From Candidatus Caldarchaeales archaeon (lineage in GTDB: Archaea > Thermoproteota > Nitrososphaeria_A > Caldarchaeales > Calditenuaceae), in NCBI GenBank assembly GCA_039630085.1, contig JBCNVM010000001.1, positions 1 to 64,000 of the forward strand: a DNA stretch of 64,000 nucleotides, read 5' to 3'. The notes beneath the pieces were generated by a model. It worked only from the letters and a program-made list of their open reading frames with translations. It had not been told where the DNA came from and searched no databases. Shown piece after piece: positions 9,928-19,493 of the stretch. A program made the position numbers and the translations under genes. The first letter of the stretch is position 1. Every line of letters starts with the position of its first letter.

Positions 9928-11916
9928 TCACTGCTTCTTTCCCTTCATCTGCTCGGCGAACTTCTCGTAGAACTCGAGGCACTCGGCGTTCACTATCGCC
10001 TCCCTGTTCGTGACCGGCCTCCCCCTGAGTATGTTCGCGACGGCTATCTCCACCTTCTTCAGGTTGAACGTGTAGGGGATGTCGGGGGCCTGCGCTATGA
10101 GGTCGGGGACGTGCCTCGGCGAGGCCTCCTCCCTCAGCCTCCTCCTGATCGTATCCTTCAGCTCCTCGGTGAGCTCTTGACCCTCCCTCAGCTTCACGAA
10201 GAGGACCACTCTGACGTCGTCGCCCTCGCCGTAGCCGACCGCGAGGCTGTCCGCGACCTCCGGTATCGTCTCGACGACCCTGTAGATCTCCGCGGTCCCT
10301 ATCCTGACCCCTTTCACCTTAAGGGTCGCGTCGGACCTGCCGTGGATCACCGCGCTCCTCGTGTCGGAGAAGATCGTCACCCAGTCGCCGTGCCTCCAGA
10401 CGTTCTTCCCGACGGGCCTGAAGTGCTCGAAGTAGCTCTCGAGGTACCTCCTGTTGTCGGGGTCGTTCCAGAAGTAGACGGGCATCGACGGCGAGGGGGC
10501 CTCGCAGACCAGCTCGCCCTCGACGTCGTAGACCGGATTGCCGCGCTCGTCGTAGGCCTTGACCTTCATCCCCAGCGCGGGCGCCTGCAGCTCGCCGGCG
10601 TAGACGGGAAGGGTCGGGCTGCCCGCGAGGAAGCACCCGTTGATGTCGGTCCCGCCGGAGATCGAGTTGAACCAGAGGTCCCGCTTGACGTGCTCGTAGA
10701 CCCAGACGAAGCCCTCCGCGGAGAGGGGCGAACCCGTCTGGGAGACCTCCCTGAGCTCGCTCAAGTCGAAGGCCTCGCCGGGCTCGGCGTTGACGGCCCT
10801 GAGGGCGTTGACGTAGCTAGCGCTGCACCCGAGGACGTTGATCCCCTCCTCATCGACTACCTCCCACATCGTCCTCCAGTCGGGGTGGAGCGGGTTGCCG
10901 TCGAAGACGACCAGCTTCGACCCGACCGCGAGCGAGCTTGTGACCCAGTTCCACATCATCCAGCTCGGCGAGGTGATGTAGGTGATCGCGTGCTCGGGCC
11001 TGAGGTCGTGGTGGAGGACTAGCTCCTTCAGGTGGTTGACCAAGACGCCGGCGACGCTCTGGACCATGCACTTCGGCCTCCCGGTGGTCCCAGAGGAGAA
11101 CATCACGTAGACCGGGTGGTTCGCCTCCACCTGCTCGAACCTCAGGGCCTCGGCCTCCCCCTTCCCCGAGAGGACCTCCGTTGAGGTGACCGCGTTCGGG
11201 ATCCCGGAGACGTCGACCCTCTCCTTCCTCCTGCTGATCACCAGGACTTTCCTGAGCGAGGGTATGGCCCTCGCGATCCTCGCGACTGTCCCCCTCAGGT
11301 CCGTCGTCTTGCCCTTGTAAGTCGAGCTATCCGTCGTGACCAGGACCTTCGGCTCTAGCTGGCCGAGCCTGTCGACGACCGCGGTGTAGCCCATCTCGGT
11401 CCCGGTCGAGGCCCAGATGGCGCCGAGGCTCGTGGCGGCGAGCATGCAGATCACGGTCTCGGCGACGTTCGGCATGTACGCGACGACCCTGTCGCCGGCG
11501 CCGACCCCCTCCTCCCTCATGAACTCACTGTACCTCGCGACCTCGAGGTGGATGTCCCTGTAGGTGTACGCCTCCCTCTCCAGAGACTCGTCCCGCTGGA
11601 CGATCGCGACCCGACCGTCGCCGTGTCTCAGGAGGTTCTCGGCGAAGTTGAGCCTTGCCCCGACGAACCACCTCGCGCCGGGGAACTTGGTGAGGTCGTC
11701 GACGACCGCGTCGTAGGGCCTCGAGAACCTGATCCCTAGGAAGTCCCAGGCGTCGGACCAGAACTCAGGTATGTTCTCTATCGACCAGTCGTAGAGATCG
11801 AAGTAGCCCGAGAGCTCCAGGGACCTCCTCCTGTTCACGAACTCAATGAACGCGGAGATGTTCGAACGGCTGATGTCCTCTTCGGAAGGGGACCAGAGGA
11901 GCTTGTGGGACGGCAT
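9928..11916 (-). CDS. Acetoacetate--CoA ligase
   Basis: WFVGARLNFAENLL, FSSGTTGRPKC, SISGGTDI, VWRHGD, GRSDATL. Confidence 0.9.
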   Translation of the reverse strand: MPSHKLLWSPSEEDISRSNISAFIEFVNRRRSLELSGYFDLYDWSIENIPEFWSDAWDFLGIRFSRPYDAVVDDLTKFPGARWFVGARLNFAENLLRHGDGRVAIVQRDESLEREAYTYRDIHLEVARYSEFMREEGVGAGDRVVAYMPNVAETVICMLAATSLGAIWASTGTEMGYTAVVDRLGQLEPKVLVTTDSSTYKGKTTDLRGTVARIARAIPSLRKVLVISRRKERVDVSGIPNAVTSTEVLSGKGEAEALRFEQVEANHPVYVMFSSGTTGRPKCMVQSVAGVLVNHLKELVLHHDLRPEHAITYITSPSWMMWNWVTSSLAVGSKLVVFDGNPLHPDWRTMWEVVDEEGINVLGCSASYVNALRAVNAEPGEAFDLSELREVSQTGSPLSAEGFVWVYEHVKRDLWFNSISGGTDINGCFLAGSPTLPVYAGELQAPALGMKVKAYDERGNPVYDVEGELVCEAPSPSMPVYFWNDPDNRRYLESYFEHFRPVGKNVWRHGDWVTIFSDTRSAVIHGRSDATLKVKGVRIGTAEIYRVVETIPEVADSLAVGYGEGDDVRVVLFVKLREGQELTEELKDTIRRRLREEASPRHVPDLIAQAPDIPYTFNLKKVEIAVANILRGRPVTNREAIVNAECLEFYEKFAEQMKGKKQ

Positions 11917-11964
11917 CCGTAATTAGTATCCATGGCCCGGTAATAGCGGTTCTGGGCGACGGCG

Positions 11965-13338
11965 CTACCTCCTCCTCGGCCTCCGCCTCTCCCTCCTTTT
12001 GCTCCTCGCCGCGACCAGCGCGAGGGCGGCCAGCAGGACCGCGAAGAAGGTCAGCTCGACCGAGAAGGCCAGGAGGTCGGAGAGACGGAGCGGAGCGCCT
12101 GCCTGAGGGCCGGTCTGTCCGCCACCAGCGCCCTGGGACGGCGTCGTGACCACCACTGCCGACTCCCCCTTCACCTCGATCCTCCGGGGCTCGCTCTCGG
12201 CCTGGTTGCCCTCGCCGTCGACCGCCACCACCACTACCTCGAGCTCTCCGCCGTGCCCCCTAAGGTCGACCGTCGCGGCGAAGCGGTCCCCGCCGATCGG
12301 CCGCATCGATGCCACGACCGGACCACCCGGCGCGCTCAGGCGGACCGAGACTCCTCCCTCGAGGAGGTCGCCGTCCAAGTCCCTCACCGTCGCCTCTACG
12401 TACACCGCCGGCCCGCCCCTCGCCTCCAGCTTGACGTCGCTGACCTCCGGCCTGAAGGTCAGGTCGTAGTAATCGGCCTTCGCCTGGGAGACGTCGAAGA
12501 CGTAGACCCTCGCGGGCGACGGCGAGGCGACGAGGTCGGGCCTCACGTCCGTCAGCGAGTGCCACTTGACGCCGCCCCCCACCAACCCGATCCTCTCCTC
12601 GGCCTGGTCGACGAAGGCCACCCTGCCGGCCTTAGCCGGGATGACTACGACCCTAGAGGAGACGCGAACCGGCAGCTCGAGGGGGCTCGACGAGCCGTCG
12701 AGCCGGTAGATCCCGATCCACCCCTCGGACGCGACGGCCACCGCCTCCTCCGAAAGAGCCGCTATCGAGGAGACCATGCTGTGGTGCGCCGCGACCCTCC
12801 TCGCCTCCCACCTCTCCAAGTCCAGCGCGTGTATGCTCCTCAGGTCGTCGCCCACGAGCCAGACCGTCCTGCCCGACGAGCTCACGTGCCACGGCGACGA
12901 CGAGGCCCCGACCCTCAGATACCTGAGCTCCTCGCCGTCAAGGCCCACTAGCGTCAGCCCCGTGCCCCTGTGGACCAGGAAGCCTCCTTGGACCCGCCAA
13001 GCTCCCTCGACCCTCATTCTCACCTCCCTCACGGGCATCAGACGCTCGACGTCGACGATCGCGAAGAGCCCCCCGACCCTCGAGTAGACGAGCGCCCTCG
13101 TCCCAGAGACCGCGAGCCCGTCGGGCGCGAACCCGAGCTCCACCTTCCACAGGCTCCCCGAGCCGGGGTCGAAGAGGGCAATCGACCTCTCCGCGGGAAG
13201 GGCCAGCAGCACCGTGCCCTGGGCGGTCACGGCGATCGAGGAGGGCGTCGACTTCACCGGCGGGTAGGCGACCTCGGTGGGGTAGAAGGAGACTAGGGCC
13301 AAGATCAGCAGGGCGGTCAGCGCGGCTGTCGGATGCAT
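11965..13338 (-). CDS. Membrane-anchored surface protein (beta-propeller-like plus Ig-like domain)
   Basis: N-terminal signal-like hydrophobic stretch, beta-rich repeats, VRDLDGD Ig-like motif, C-terminal TM and Arg-rich tail. Confidence 0.6.
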   Translation of the reverse strand: MHPTAALTALLILALVSFYPTEVAYPPVKSTPSSIAVTAQGTVLLALPAERSIALFDPGSGSLWKVELGFAPDGLAVSGTRALVYSRVGGLFAIVDVERLMPVREVRMRVEGAWRVQGGFLVHRGTGLTLVGLDGEELRYLRVGASSSPWHVSSSGRTVWLVGDDLRSIHALDLERWEARRVAAHHSMVSSIAALSEEAVAVASEGWIGIYRLDGSSSPLELPVRVSSRVVVIPAKAGRVAFVDQAEERIGLVGGGVKWHSLTDVRPDLVASPSPARVYVFDVSQAKADYYDLTFRPEVSDVKLEARGGPAVYVEATVRDLDGDLLEGGVSVRLSAPGGPVVASMRPIGGDRFAATVDLRGHGGELEVVVVAVDGEGNQAESEPRRIEVKGESAVVVTTPSQGAGGGQTGPQAGAPLRLSDLLAFSVELTFFAVLLAALALVAARSKRRERRRPRRR

Positions 13339-13428
13339 CCCCGGGGACACGCGGGTGGCGCTTAAAATCCCTACAACCCTCGGAGCCCGATGGCGAGCGG
13401 TTTTTAGAAGGCAGGCCGACCGACGGCC

Positions 13429-13668
13429 GTGAGCGGAAAGCCGGAGTTCCACGAGGTCTCCCTGAGGGTCAGGGGAGGGAACGAGGCCCTCATCAAGACG
13501 TTCGTGCTGGTGAAGCAGGGGAGGCTGGAGGTCCTAGAGGCCCGGATCTCCAGGGACGGCGAGCTCCACGAGGTCACGATGAGGCTCTCGGGGCCAGAGG
13601 CGAAGGTCAGGTGGTTCGTCGAGAAGGCGAGGGGTCTCCCTTACTACGTTGAGGCGAGGAAGCTCTGA
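13429..13668 (+). CDS. Small ACT-like domain protein
   Basis: 79 aa with a beta-alpha-beta-beta-alpha-beta pattern; TTTTTA box upstream; host-like codon usage. Confidence 0.55.
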   Translation: MSGKPEFHEVSLRVRGGNEALIKTFVLVKQGRLEVLEARISRDGELHEVTMRLSGPEAKVRWFVEKARGLPYYVEARKL

Positions 13669-13740
13669 GGGCTGATCCCTGAGCTGAGGCCTCGGCGGCG
13701 AAGTTCGCTTTATCTCAGACTTCGGACGACGTGGACCGGG

Positions 13741-15522
13741 ATGGAGTTCAGGAGGCTCGCCGATTACTATGAGAGGCTCGAGGCGACGACGAAGAGGCTC
13801 GAGATGAGGGACATACTGGTCGAGCTGCTGAGGGAGGCGACGCCGGAGGAGGCCCAGAGGATCGCGATGCTCTCACTCGGCAGGCTCTATCCTCCCTACG
13901 TCGGGATCGAGCTCGGCATGGCTGAGAGGCTCGCGATAAGGGCCATCAGGTCCGTGACCGGCGCCTCCGAGGCCGAGGTCGATAGGTTGTTCGCGAAGAG
14001 GGGAGACTTGGGACTGGTGGCCGAGGAGCTCATCTCGAGGAGGAAGGCCCAGACTATTCTCTTCCAGGAGCCCCTCACCGTCGAGCAGGTCTACGCGACC
14101 TTCGAGAGGATAGCCCGGGAGACCGGAGAGGGAGCGGTCGAGAACAAGGTCAAGCTCCTGACGGGCCTGCTAGCGAAGGCGGACCCGAAGGAGGCGAAGT
14201 ACATCGTCAGGCTCGTTACCGGGACCATGAGGCTCGGGGTCGCGGACATGACGTTCATAGACGCGGCCTCCGCGATGCTAGGGGACGTGGCGGCGCACAG
14301 GGAGGAGATCGAGCGGGCCTACAACATCACGTCGGACATAGGCCAGGTCGTGAGGCTCGTGAAGGTGGGCGGCATCGAGGCGGTCAGGTCCGTGAGGCTG
14401 AGGGTCGGAGTGCCGGTGAGGCCGATGCTCGCGGAGAGGCTGACCTCCGCGGCCGAGATCCTCGAGAAGCTCGGGGGGAGAGGGCTCGCGGAGTACAAGT
14501 ACGACGGCGAGAGGCTCCAGATCCACAAGGACGGGGACCGCGTGATGATCTTCTCTAGAAGGCAGGAGAACATAACGCACCAGTTCCCGGACGTGGTGAG
14601 GGCGTGCTCCGAGAGGCTCCGCGCCGAGAGAGCGATCGTGGAGTGCGAGGCGGTCGCGATGGACCCGGACACGGGCTCGATGCTCCCCTTCCAGGAGCTG
14701 ATGCACAGGAGGAGGAAGTACGACGTTGAGAAGGCCGCGGAGCTCTACCCGGTCGGGCTGTTCTTCTTCGACGCGATCTACGTCGACGGCCAGGACCTGA
14801 TGGACAGGCCTCTCCCGGAGCGCAGGTCTGCGCTGGAGGAGATGGTTGACCCCTCGGAGACCTTCGGGCTCACGGTCGCGAGGCTCGTGGAGGACCCGGG
14901 AGACCTCGACTCCTTCATGCAGAGGGCCGTCGAGGACGGCTGCGAGGGCGTGATCGTGAAGGACGTCTCGCCGAGGTCCGTGTACAGGGCCGGCGCGAGG
15001 GGCTGGCTATGGATCAAGTACAAGCGGTCCTACGTCTCGAAGCTCACCGACACGCTGGACCTCGTCGTGATCGGGGCCTTCCACGGGAAGGGCAGGAGGA
15101 GCGGGTGGTACGGGACGCTGCTGATGGCCGCCTACGACCCGAAGACCGACACCTTCAAGAGCGTCTGCAAGGTCGGGACTGGGTTCAAGGAGGAGGACCT
15201 AGAGAGGCTGAAGTCGATGGTCGACGAGCGGGTCGTGCCCGAGAAGCCCGCCAGGGTCGACTCTCTCATGCAGCCCGATGTCTGGGTGAGGCCAGAGATC
15301 GTGCTGGAGCTGGTCGGCGACGAGATCACCGTGAGCCCGATACACACCTGCGGCTGGGGCTCCGTCCAGCCCGAAGCGGGCCTCGCGATCAGGTTCCCGA
15401 GGTTCACGGGCAGGTACAGGTCCGACAAGCTCCCCGAGGACGCCACGACCGTCGAGGAGATCGTCGAGATGTACAGGTCCCAGCTCAAGACCGTCGTGCC
15501 TGAGGAGGGCGAGGCGGTCTGA
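13741..15522 (+). CDS. lig: ATP-dependent DNA ligase (archaeal LigI type)
   Basis: PMLAERL, EYKYDGER adenylation motif, EGVIVK, WIKYK, IRFPRF. Confidence 0.95.
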   Translation: MEFRRLADYYERLEATTKRLEMRDILVELLREATPEEAQRIAMLSLGRLYPPYVGIELGMAERLAIRAIRSVTGASEAEVDRLFAKRGDLGLVAEELISRRKAQTILFQEPLTVEQVYATFERIARETGEGAVENKVKLLTGLLAKADPKEAKYIVRLVTGTMRLGVADMTFIDAASAMLGDVAAHREEIERAYNITSDIGQVVRLVKVGGIEAVRSVRLRVGVPVRPMLAERLTSAAEILEKLGGRGLAEYKYDGERLQIHKDGDRVMIFSRRQENITHQFPDVVRACSERLRAERAIVECEAVAMDPDTGSMLPFQELMHRRRKYDVEKAAELYPVGLFFFDAIYVDGQDLMDRPLPERRSALEEMVDPSETFGLTVARLVEDPGDLDSFMQRAVEDGCEGVIVKDVSPRSVYRAGARGWLWIKYKRSYVSKLTDTLDLVVIGAFHGKGRRSGWYGTLLMAAYDPKTDTFKSVCKVGTGFKEEDLERLKSMVDERVVPEKPARVDSLMQPDVWVRPEIVLELVGDEITVSPIHTCGWGSVQPEAGLAIRFPRFTGRYRSDKLPEDATTVEEIVEMYRSQLKTVVPEEGEAV

Positions 15523-16496
15523 CCGGGGAAGCCGCGGAGGACCTCGAGGCCCTCGTCTCGGGCGTCCTGACGGGGAGCAGGGTCCACGTGGCGAGGGCGC
15601 TCTCGCACGTCGAGTCCGGCGACTCGTTGGGGCTGGAGCTGCTGAGGAGGATAGGGCCGTCCGTGAGGGGGATACCTGTGATAGGCCTAGTCGGGCCTCC
15701 GGGAGCCGGGAAGAGCACGCTGGTCGCGAGGCTGGTGGCGGAGTTCTCGTCCAGGGGGAAGAGGGTCTCGGTTCTGGCGGTGGACCCGTCGAGCCCGATC
15801 ACGGGCGGCGCGGTCCTAGGCGATAGGGTCAGGCTGACCGGAGTCGTCTCCCACGACCAGGTCTTCTTCAGGAGCGTGGCGAGCAGGGGCGCGCTGGGCG
15901 CGATCGCGAGGAACGTGAGGGCGATGACGAGGGTCCTCGACGCAGCCGGGTTCGACGTGGTCCTGATCGAGACCGTGGGAGCCGGTCAGTCCGACGTGGA
16001 GATCATGGGCGTCGCGGACCTCGTCGTGGTAGTGGTCACCCCGGACTTCGGCGACAGCATACAGGCCGTGAAGGCGGGCCTCCTCGAGATCGGGGACATC
16101 TACGTCGTCAACAAGTCGGACAACCCGGCCGCGAGCGCGATGAAGACGATGCTGGAGAGCATGCTCTCGGGGAGCAGGAGGGACGCGGTCGTGCTCAAGA
16201 CTGCCGCCGCGATAGGGTTGGGCGTCCCCGAGCTGGCGACGAGGATGCTCGCGCGCTTCGAGGAGCTCTCGAGGTCCGGCGAGCTGGAGAGGAGGAGGGC
16301 CAGGATCTTCGAGAGGGAGGTCATCGAGGCGGCGACGGCCGACCTGCAGGAGTCGCTGAGGGAGCTGGTGAGGTCCGAGCCGGTCGCCGGGTGGCTGGCG
16401 TCCGAGATGAGGGCTGGAGCGGAGCCGAGGGACCTCGGCAAGAGGGTCGTGAGGATGCTGCTGGAGAGGCTGGCGACGGAGCTCAGAGCGGGCTGA
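15519..16496 (+). CDS. meaB: MeaB/ArgK GTPase (B12 mutase chaperone); likely CTG start at 15519, first GTG at 15588
   Basis: GPPGAGKST, AVDPSSP..GGA.LGDR.R, ETVGAGQS, VNKSD; frame open upstream (LVSGVLTGSRVHVARAL) to a CTGA overlap with the lig stop. Confidence 0.88.
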   Translation: MTGEAAEDLEALVSGVLTGSRVHVARALSHVESGDSLGLELLRRIGPSVRGIPVIGLVGPPGAGKSTLVARLVAEFSSRGKRVSVLAVDPSSPITGGAVLGDRVRLTGVVSHDQVFFRSVASRGALGAIARNVRAMTRVLDAAGFDVVLIETVGAGQSDVEIMGVADLVVVVVTPDFGDSIQAVKAGLLEIGDIYVVNKSDNPAASAMKTMLESMLSGSRRDAVVLKTAAAIGLGVPELATRMLARFEELSRSGELERRRARIFEREVIEAATADLQESLRELVRSEPVAGWLASEMRAGAEPRDLGKRVVRMLLERLATELRAG

Positions 16497-17454
16497 CGAT
16501 TCCAGGTATCCTCGGGAAGGGCTGGACCTCCGCGACGTGCCTCGCGCCGACGACGTACGCGATGAACCTCTCGACCCCGAGCCCGGCGCCCGCCGACGGC
16601 TTGAGCTTCCCCTCCCTCGCGAGCTTCAGAAGGGCCTCGTAGTCCTCAGGCCTGAGGCCGTCGCGCCTGATCTTCGCGAGCATCTTCTCGTGCTCGTACT
16701 CCCTCTCGGCGCCGGAGAGGACCTCGCCGTAACCCTCTGGCATGAAGAGGTCGTAGTTCCTCCAAGTACCGGTCTCGAAGTCCTCGAAGTCGTAGAACTC
16801 CCTGGGTATGTCGGTCACCCAGACCGGTTCCTCGATCCTGTGGGGCAGGACCCTCTCCCACTCGGGACCGTAGGCCCTCTCGAGCTCCCTCCTGCTCACG
16901 ACCTTGAACGGGGTCCCGAACTCCCTCAGCTCCCTCCCGATCTCCCTCAGTTCCTCCGAGAGCTCCGACCTGACCGCCCTGATCGCGCTCGTCACGAGCC
17001 TCTCGTAGACCCTGAAGACGTCCTCCATTTTGCCATAGGCGATCTCCGTCTCGAGCTGCGTGAACTCGTAGAGGTGCCACCCGGTCCTGCCCCTCTCCCT
17101 CTTCTCGATCCTTATGTTGGGGGAGAGGATGAAGAACCTCGGCGGACCGAGCGAGACCAGGACCCTCTTGTGGACGATCATCGACTGCATCGTCCTGACC
17201 TTCACCCCGTAGACCTCGAGCTCCGGCCTCGTCTCTATGCTCGCGCCGGGATCGGGCCAGAGCGGGTCGGTCGTCCTAGAGAGCATCACGGGGAGAACCC
17301 ACTCGAAGCCCATGTCGAGCAGCTCCCCGACCATCGACCTGAGCACAACGGTCCCCGCCCTGTACGCGACTATCCTACGCATCGTGCCGATCGACTCGAG
17401 CTTCGTCAGCTCCTCGAGGAGCCCGTCGTCTACCCTCTCGGACTTCAGCACCAT
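16483..17454 (-). CDS. asnA: Archaeal asparagine synthetase A (AsnRS catalytic-domain paralog)
   Basis: TDPLWPD, SPNIRIE, HLYEFTQ, EVLSGAEREY, AGAGLGVER; no anticodon domain. Confidence 0.9.
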   Translation of the reverse strand: MVLKSERVDDGLLEELTKLESIGTMRRIVAYRAGTVVLRSMVGELLDMGFEWVLPVMLSRTTDPLWPDPGASIETRPELEVYGVKVRTMQSMIVHKRVLVSLGPPRFFILSPNIRIEKRERGRTGWHLYEFTQLETEIAYGKMEDVFRVYERLVTSAIRAVRSELSEELREIGRELREFGTPFKVVSRRELERAYGPEWERVLPHRIEEPVWVTDIPREFYDFEDFETGTWRNYDLFMPEGYGEVLSGAEREYEHEKMLAKIRRDGLRPEDYEALLKLAREGKLKPSAGAGLGVERFIAYVVGARHVAEVQPFPRIPGIVSPL

Positions 17455-17705
17455 GCCCCCTCCCGAGATCGGCTCTTTAATATATCTGTCGTTTGATCGG
17501 CGATCGACAAGAATTCACGTTGATATGAGCTCTGAAGTCCTGATACTGTGGTGTTATGACGAGAATTCCGAACATTTCTGTCAAACTGACAAAAAGCGTC
17601 ACGGGATTGAAGGGCAGGTCGTCCGGGTGACGGAGGGTCGGGCCAGCCGGCAGGAAGTGAGGCCGCTGGACAATTAATGACCCGGCGGTGACGACGGAAT
17701 TGGGC

Positions 17706-19493
17706 ATGGGAGAGAGGTGGACGAGGGAGCCGATAGTGGTGGTCCTGGGCCACGTCGACCACGGGAAGACCAGCCTCCTCGACAGGATGAGGGGGACGAT
17801 CGTCGCGGCGAGGGAGGCGGGAGGGATAACGCAGCACATAGGAGCGAGCTTCTTCCCCTACGACGCGATCCTAGAGACCTGCAGGAAGCTCTTGGGCGAG
17901 GTCAGGGCCGATATCAGGTTGCCGGGACTCCTCTTCATCGACACGCCCGGCCACGCGGCCTTCGCGAACCTGAGGAGGAGGGGAGGGTCGGTCGCTGACT
18001 TGGCGATCCTCGTGGTCGACGCGATCCAGGGCGTCCAGGAGCAGACCGTCGAGAGCATACAGCTCTTGAGGTCCAGGAGGACGCCGTTCGTCGTGGCGCT
18101 GAACAAGGTCGACCTGATCCCCGGTTGGAGGCCGGTGTCTGGCGCGCCGCTGAAGGAGACGCTCTCGAGGCAGCACCAGAAGGTCGTCGAGGAGCTGGAG
18201 AGGAGGACTTACGCGCTGGTCGGCGAGCTGGCGAGGTACGGGTTCACCGCTGACCTATACATCAGGATCAGGGACTTCACGAGGACGCTCGCGGTGGTCC
18301 CGGTCAGCGCCAAGACCGGCGAGGGCATACCCGACCTGCTCCTGCTGATGATCGGGCTTGCCCAGGCCTACATGACCAAGAGGCTCGAGGTCTCCGAGGA
18401 AGGAGTTGAGGGAGTAGTGCTCGAGGTCGTGGAGGAGGTCGGGCTCGGGGCGACCGCGAACGTCATCCTCAGCTCCGGCGTCCTCCGGGAGGGGGACAGG
18501 GTGGTGATGATGGGGAGGCGGGGGCCAGTCGTCGCGAAGGTAAGGGCCCTCCTCCTGCCGAAGCCCCTCGACGAGATGAGGGACCCGAGGGACGTCTTCA
18601 AGCGGGTCGAGTCGGTCAGGGCCGCGGCCGGAGTTAAGCTGGTCGCCGAGGGCCTCGACGAGGTCTACCCGGGCTCTCCGGTCCTGGGGCTGAAGCGGGA
18701 CGAGGAGCTGGACTCCGTGGTCGCGAGGCTGCGCGAGGAGCTGGAGGAGTTCAGGATCACGACGGACAAGATTGGCGTCGTCGCGAAGGCCGACACGCTC
18801 GGGTCGCTGGAGGTCCTCGTCAACTACCTGAAGGAGCGCGGGGTCCCGATAAGGCTGGCAGACATCGGCGACGTCTCGAAGAGGGACGTAGTGGAGGCGG
18901 AGGTGGTCCACACGAAGGACAAGTTCCTCGGGAACGTTATCGCGTTCAACGTCGACGTCGACAGGGAGCTCGAGCTCGAGGCGAACAGCAGGGGCATCAG
19001 GGTCTTCAGGGGCGAGGTCCTCTTCAGGCTGGTCGACGAGTACCTTAACTGGGTCGCGGAGAGGAAGAGGGAAGAGGAGGAGGCGGAGTTCGGGAAGCTC
19101 GTGAAGCCGGGGAAGATCAAGTTCCTCGAGGGCTTCGTCTTCAGGAGGAGCGACCCAGCGATATTCGGCGTCGAGGTCCTCGCGGGGGAGATCGCGCCCG
19201 GCGTGAGGCTTGTCAGCTCTTCCGGGAGGCAGGTCGGCGACGTGCACCAGATCCAGGAGATGGGGAGGCCGCTCCCTAAGGCCACCGCGGGGATGAAAGT
19301 CGCGATCTCGATCAGGGGCGTGACCGTGGGGAGGCAGGTGAAGGAGGGCGAGACGCTCTACGTCCTGGTCCCGGAGAGGGACGCGAGGCTCTTGGCCACG
19401 AAGTTCGCCTCGAGGCTCGACGAGCAGTCCCTGAGGGCGCTCGAGGAGCTGATCGGGCTGATGAGGAGGGCCGACCCTCTCTGGGCGAGGTGA
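17706..19493 (+). CDS. infB: Translation initiation factor aIF5B/IF2
   Basis: LGHVDHGKT, GGITQHIGA, DTPGHAAF, NKVD, KADTLGSLE. Confidence 0.95.
   Translation: MGERWTREPIVVVLGHVDHGKTSLLDRMRGTIVAAREAGGITQHIGASFFPYDAILETCRKLLGEVRADIRLPGLLFIDTPGHAAFANLRRRGGSVADLAILVVDAIQGVQEQTVESIQLLRSRRTPFVVALNKVDLIPGWRPVSGAPLKETLSRQHQKVVEELERRTYALVGELARYGFTADLYIRIRDFTRTLAVVPVSAKTGEGIPDLLLLMIGLAQAYMTKRLEVSEEGVEGVVLEVVEEVGLGATANVILSSGVLREGDRVVMMGRRGPVVAKVRALLLPKPLDEMRDPRDVFKRVESVRAAAGVKLVAEGLDEVYPGSPVLGLKRDEELDSVVARLREELEEFRITTDKIGVVAKADTLGSLEVLVNYLKERGVPIRLADIGDVSKRDVVEAEVVHTKDKFLGNVIAFNVDVDRELELEANSRGIRVFRGEVLFRLVDEYLNWVAERKREEEEAEFGKLVKPGKIKFLEGFVFRRSDPAIFGVEVLAGEIAPGVRLVSSSGRQVGDVHQIQEMGRPLPKATAGMKVAISIRGVTVGRQVKEGETLYVLVPERDARLLATKFASRLDEQSLRALEELIGLMRRADPLWAR

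Noticed and set aside
17556-17590. Possible C/D-box sRNA (ATGACGA...CTGA)
   Set aside because: Too short, imperfect C box, no C'/D' boxes
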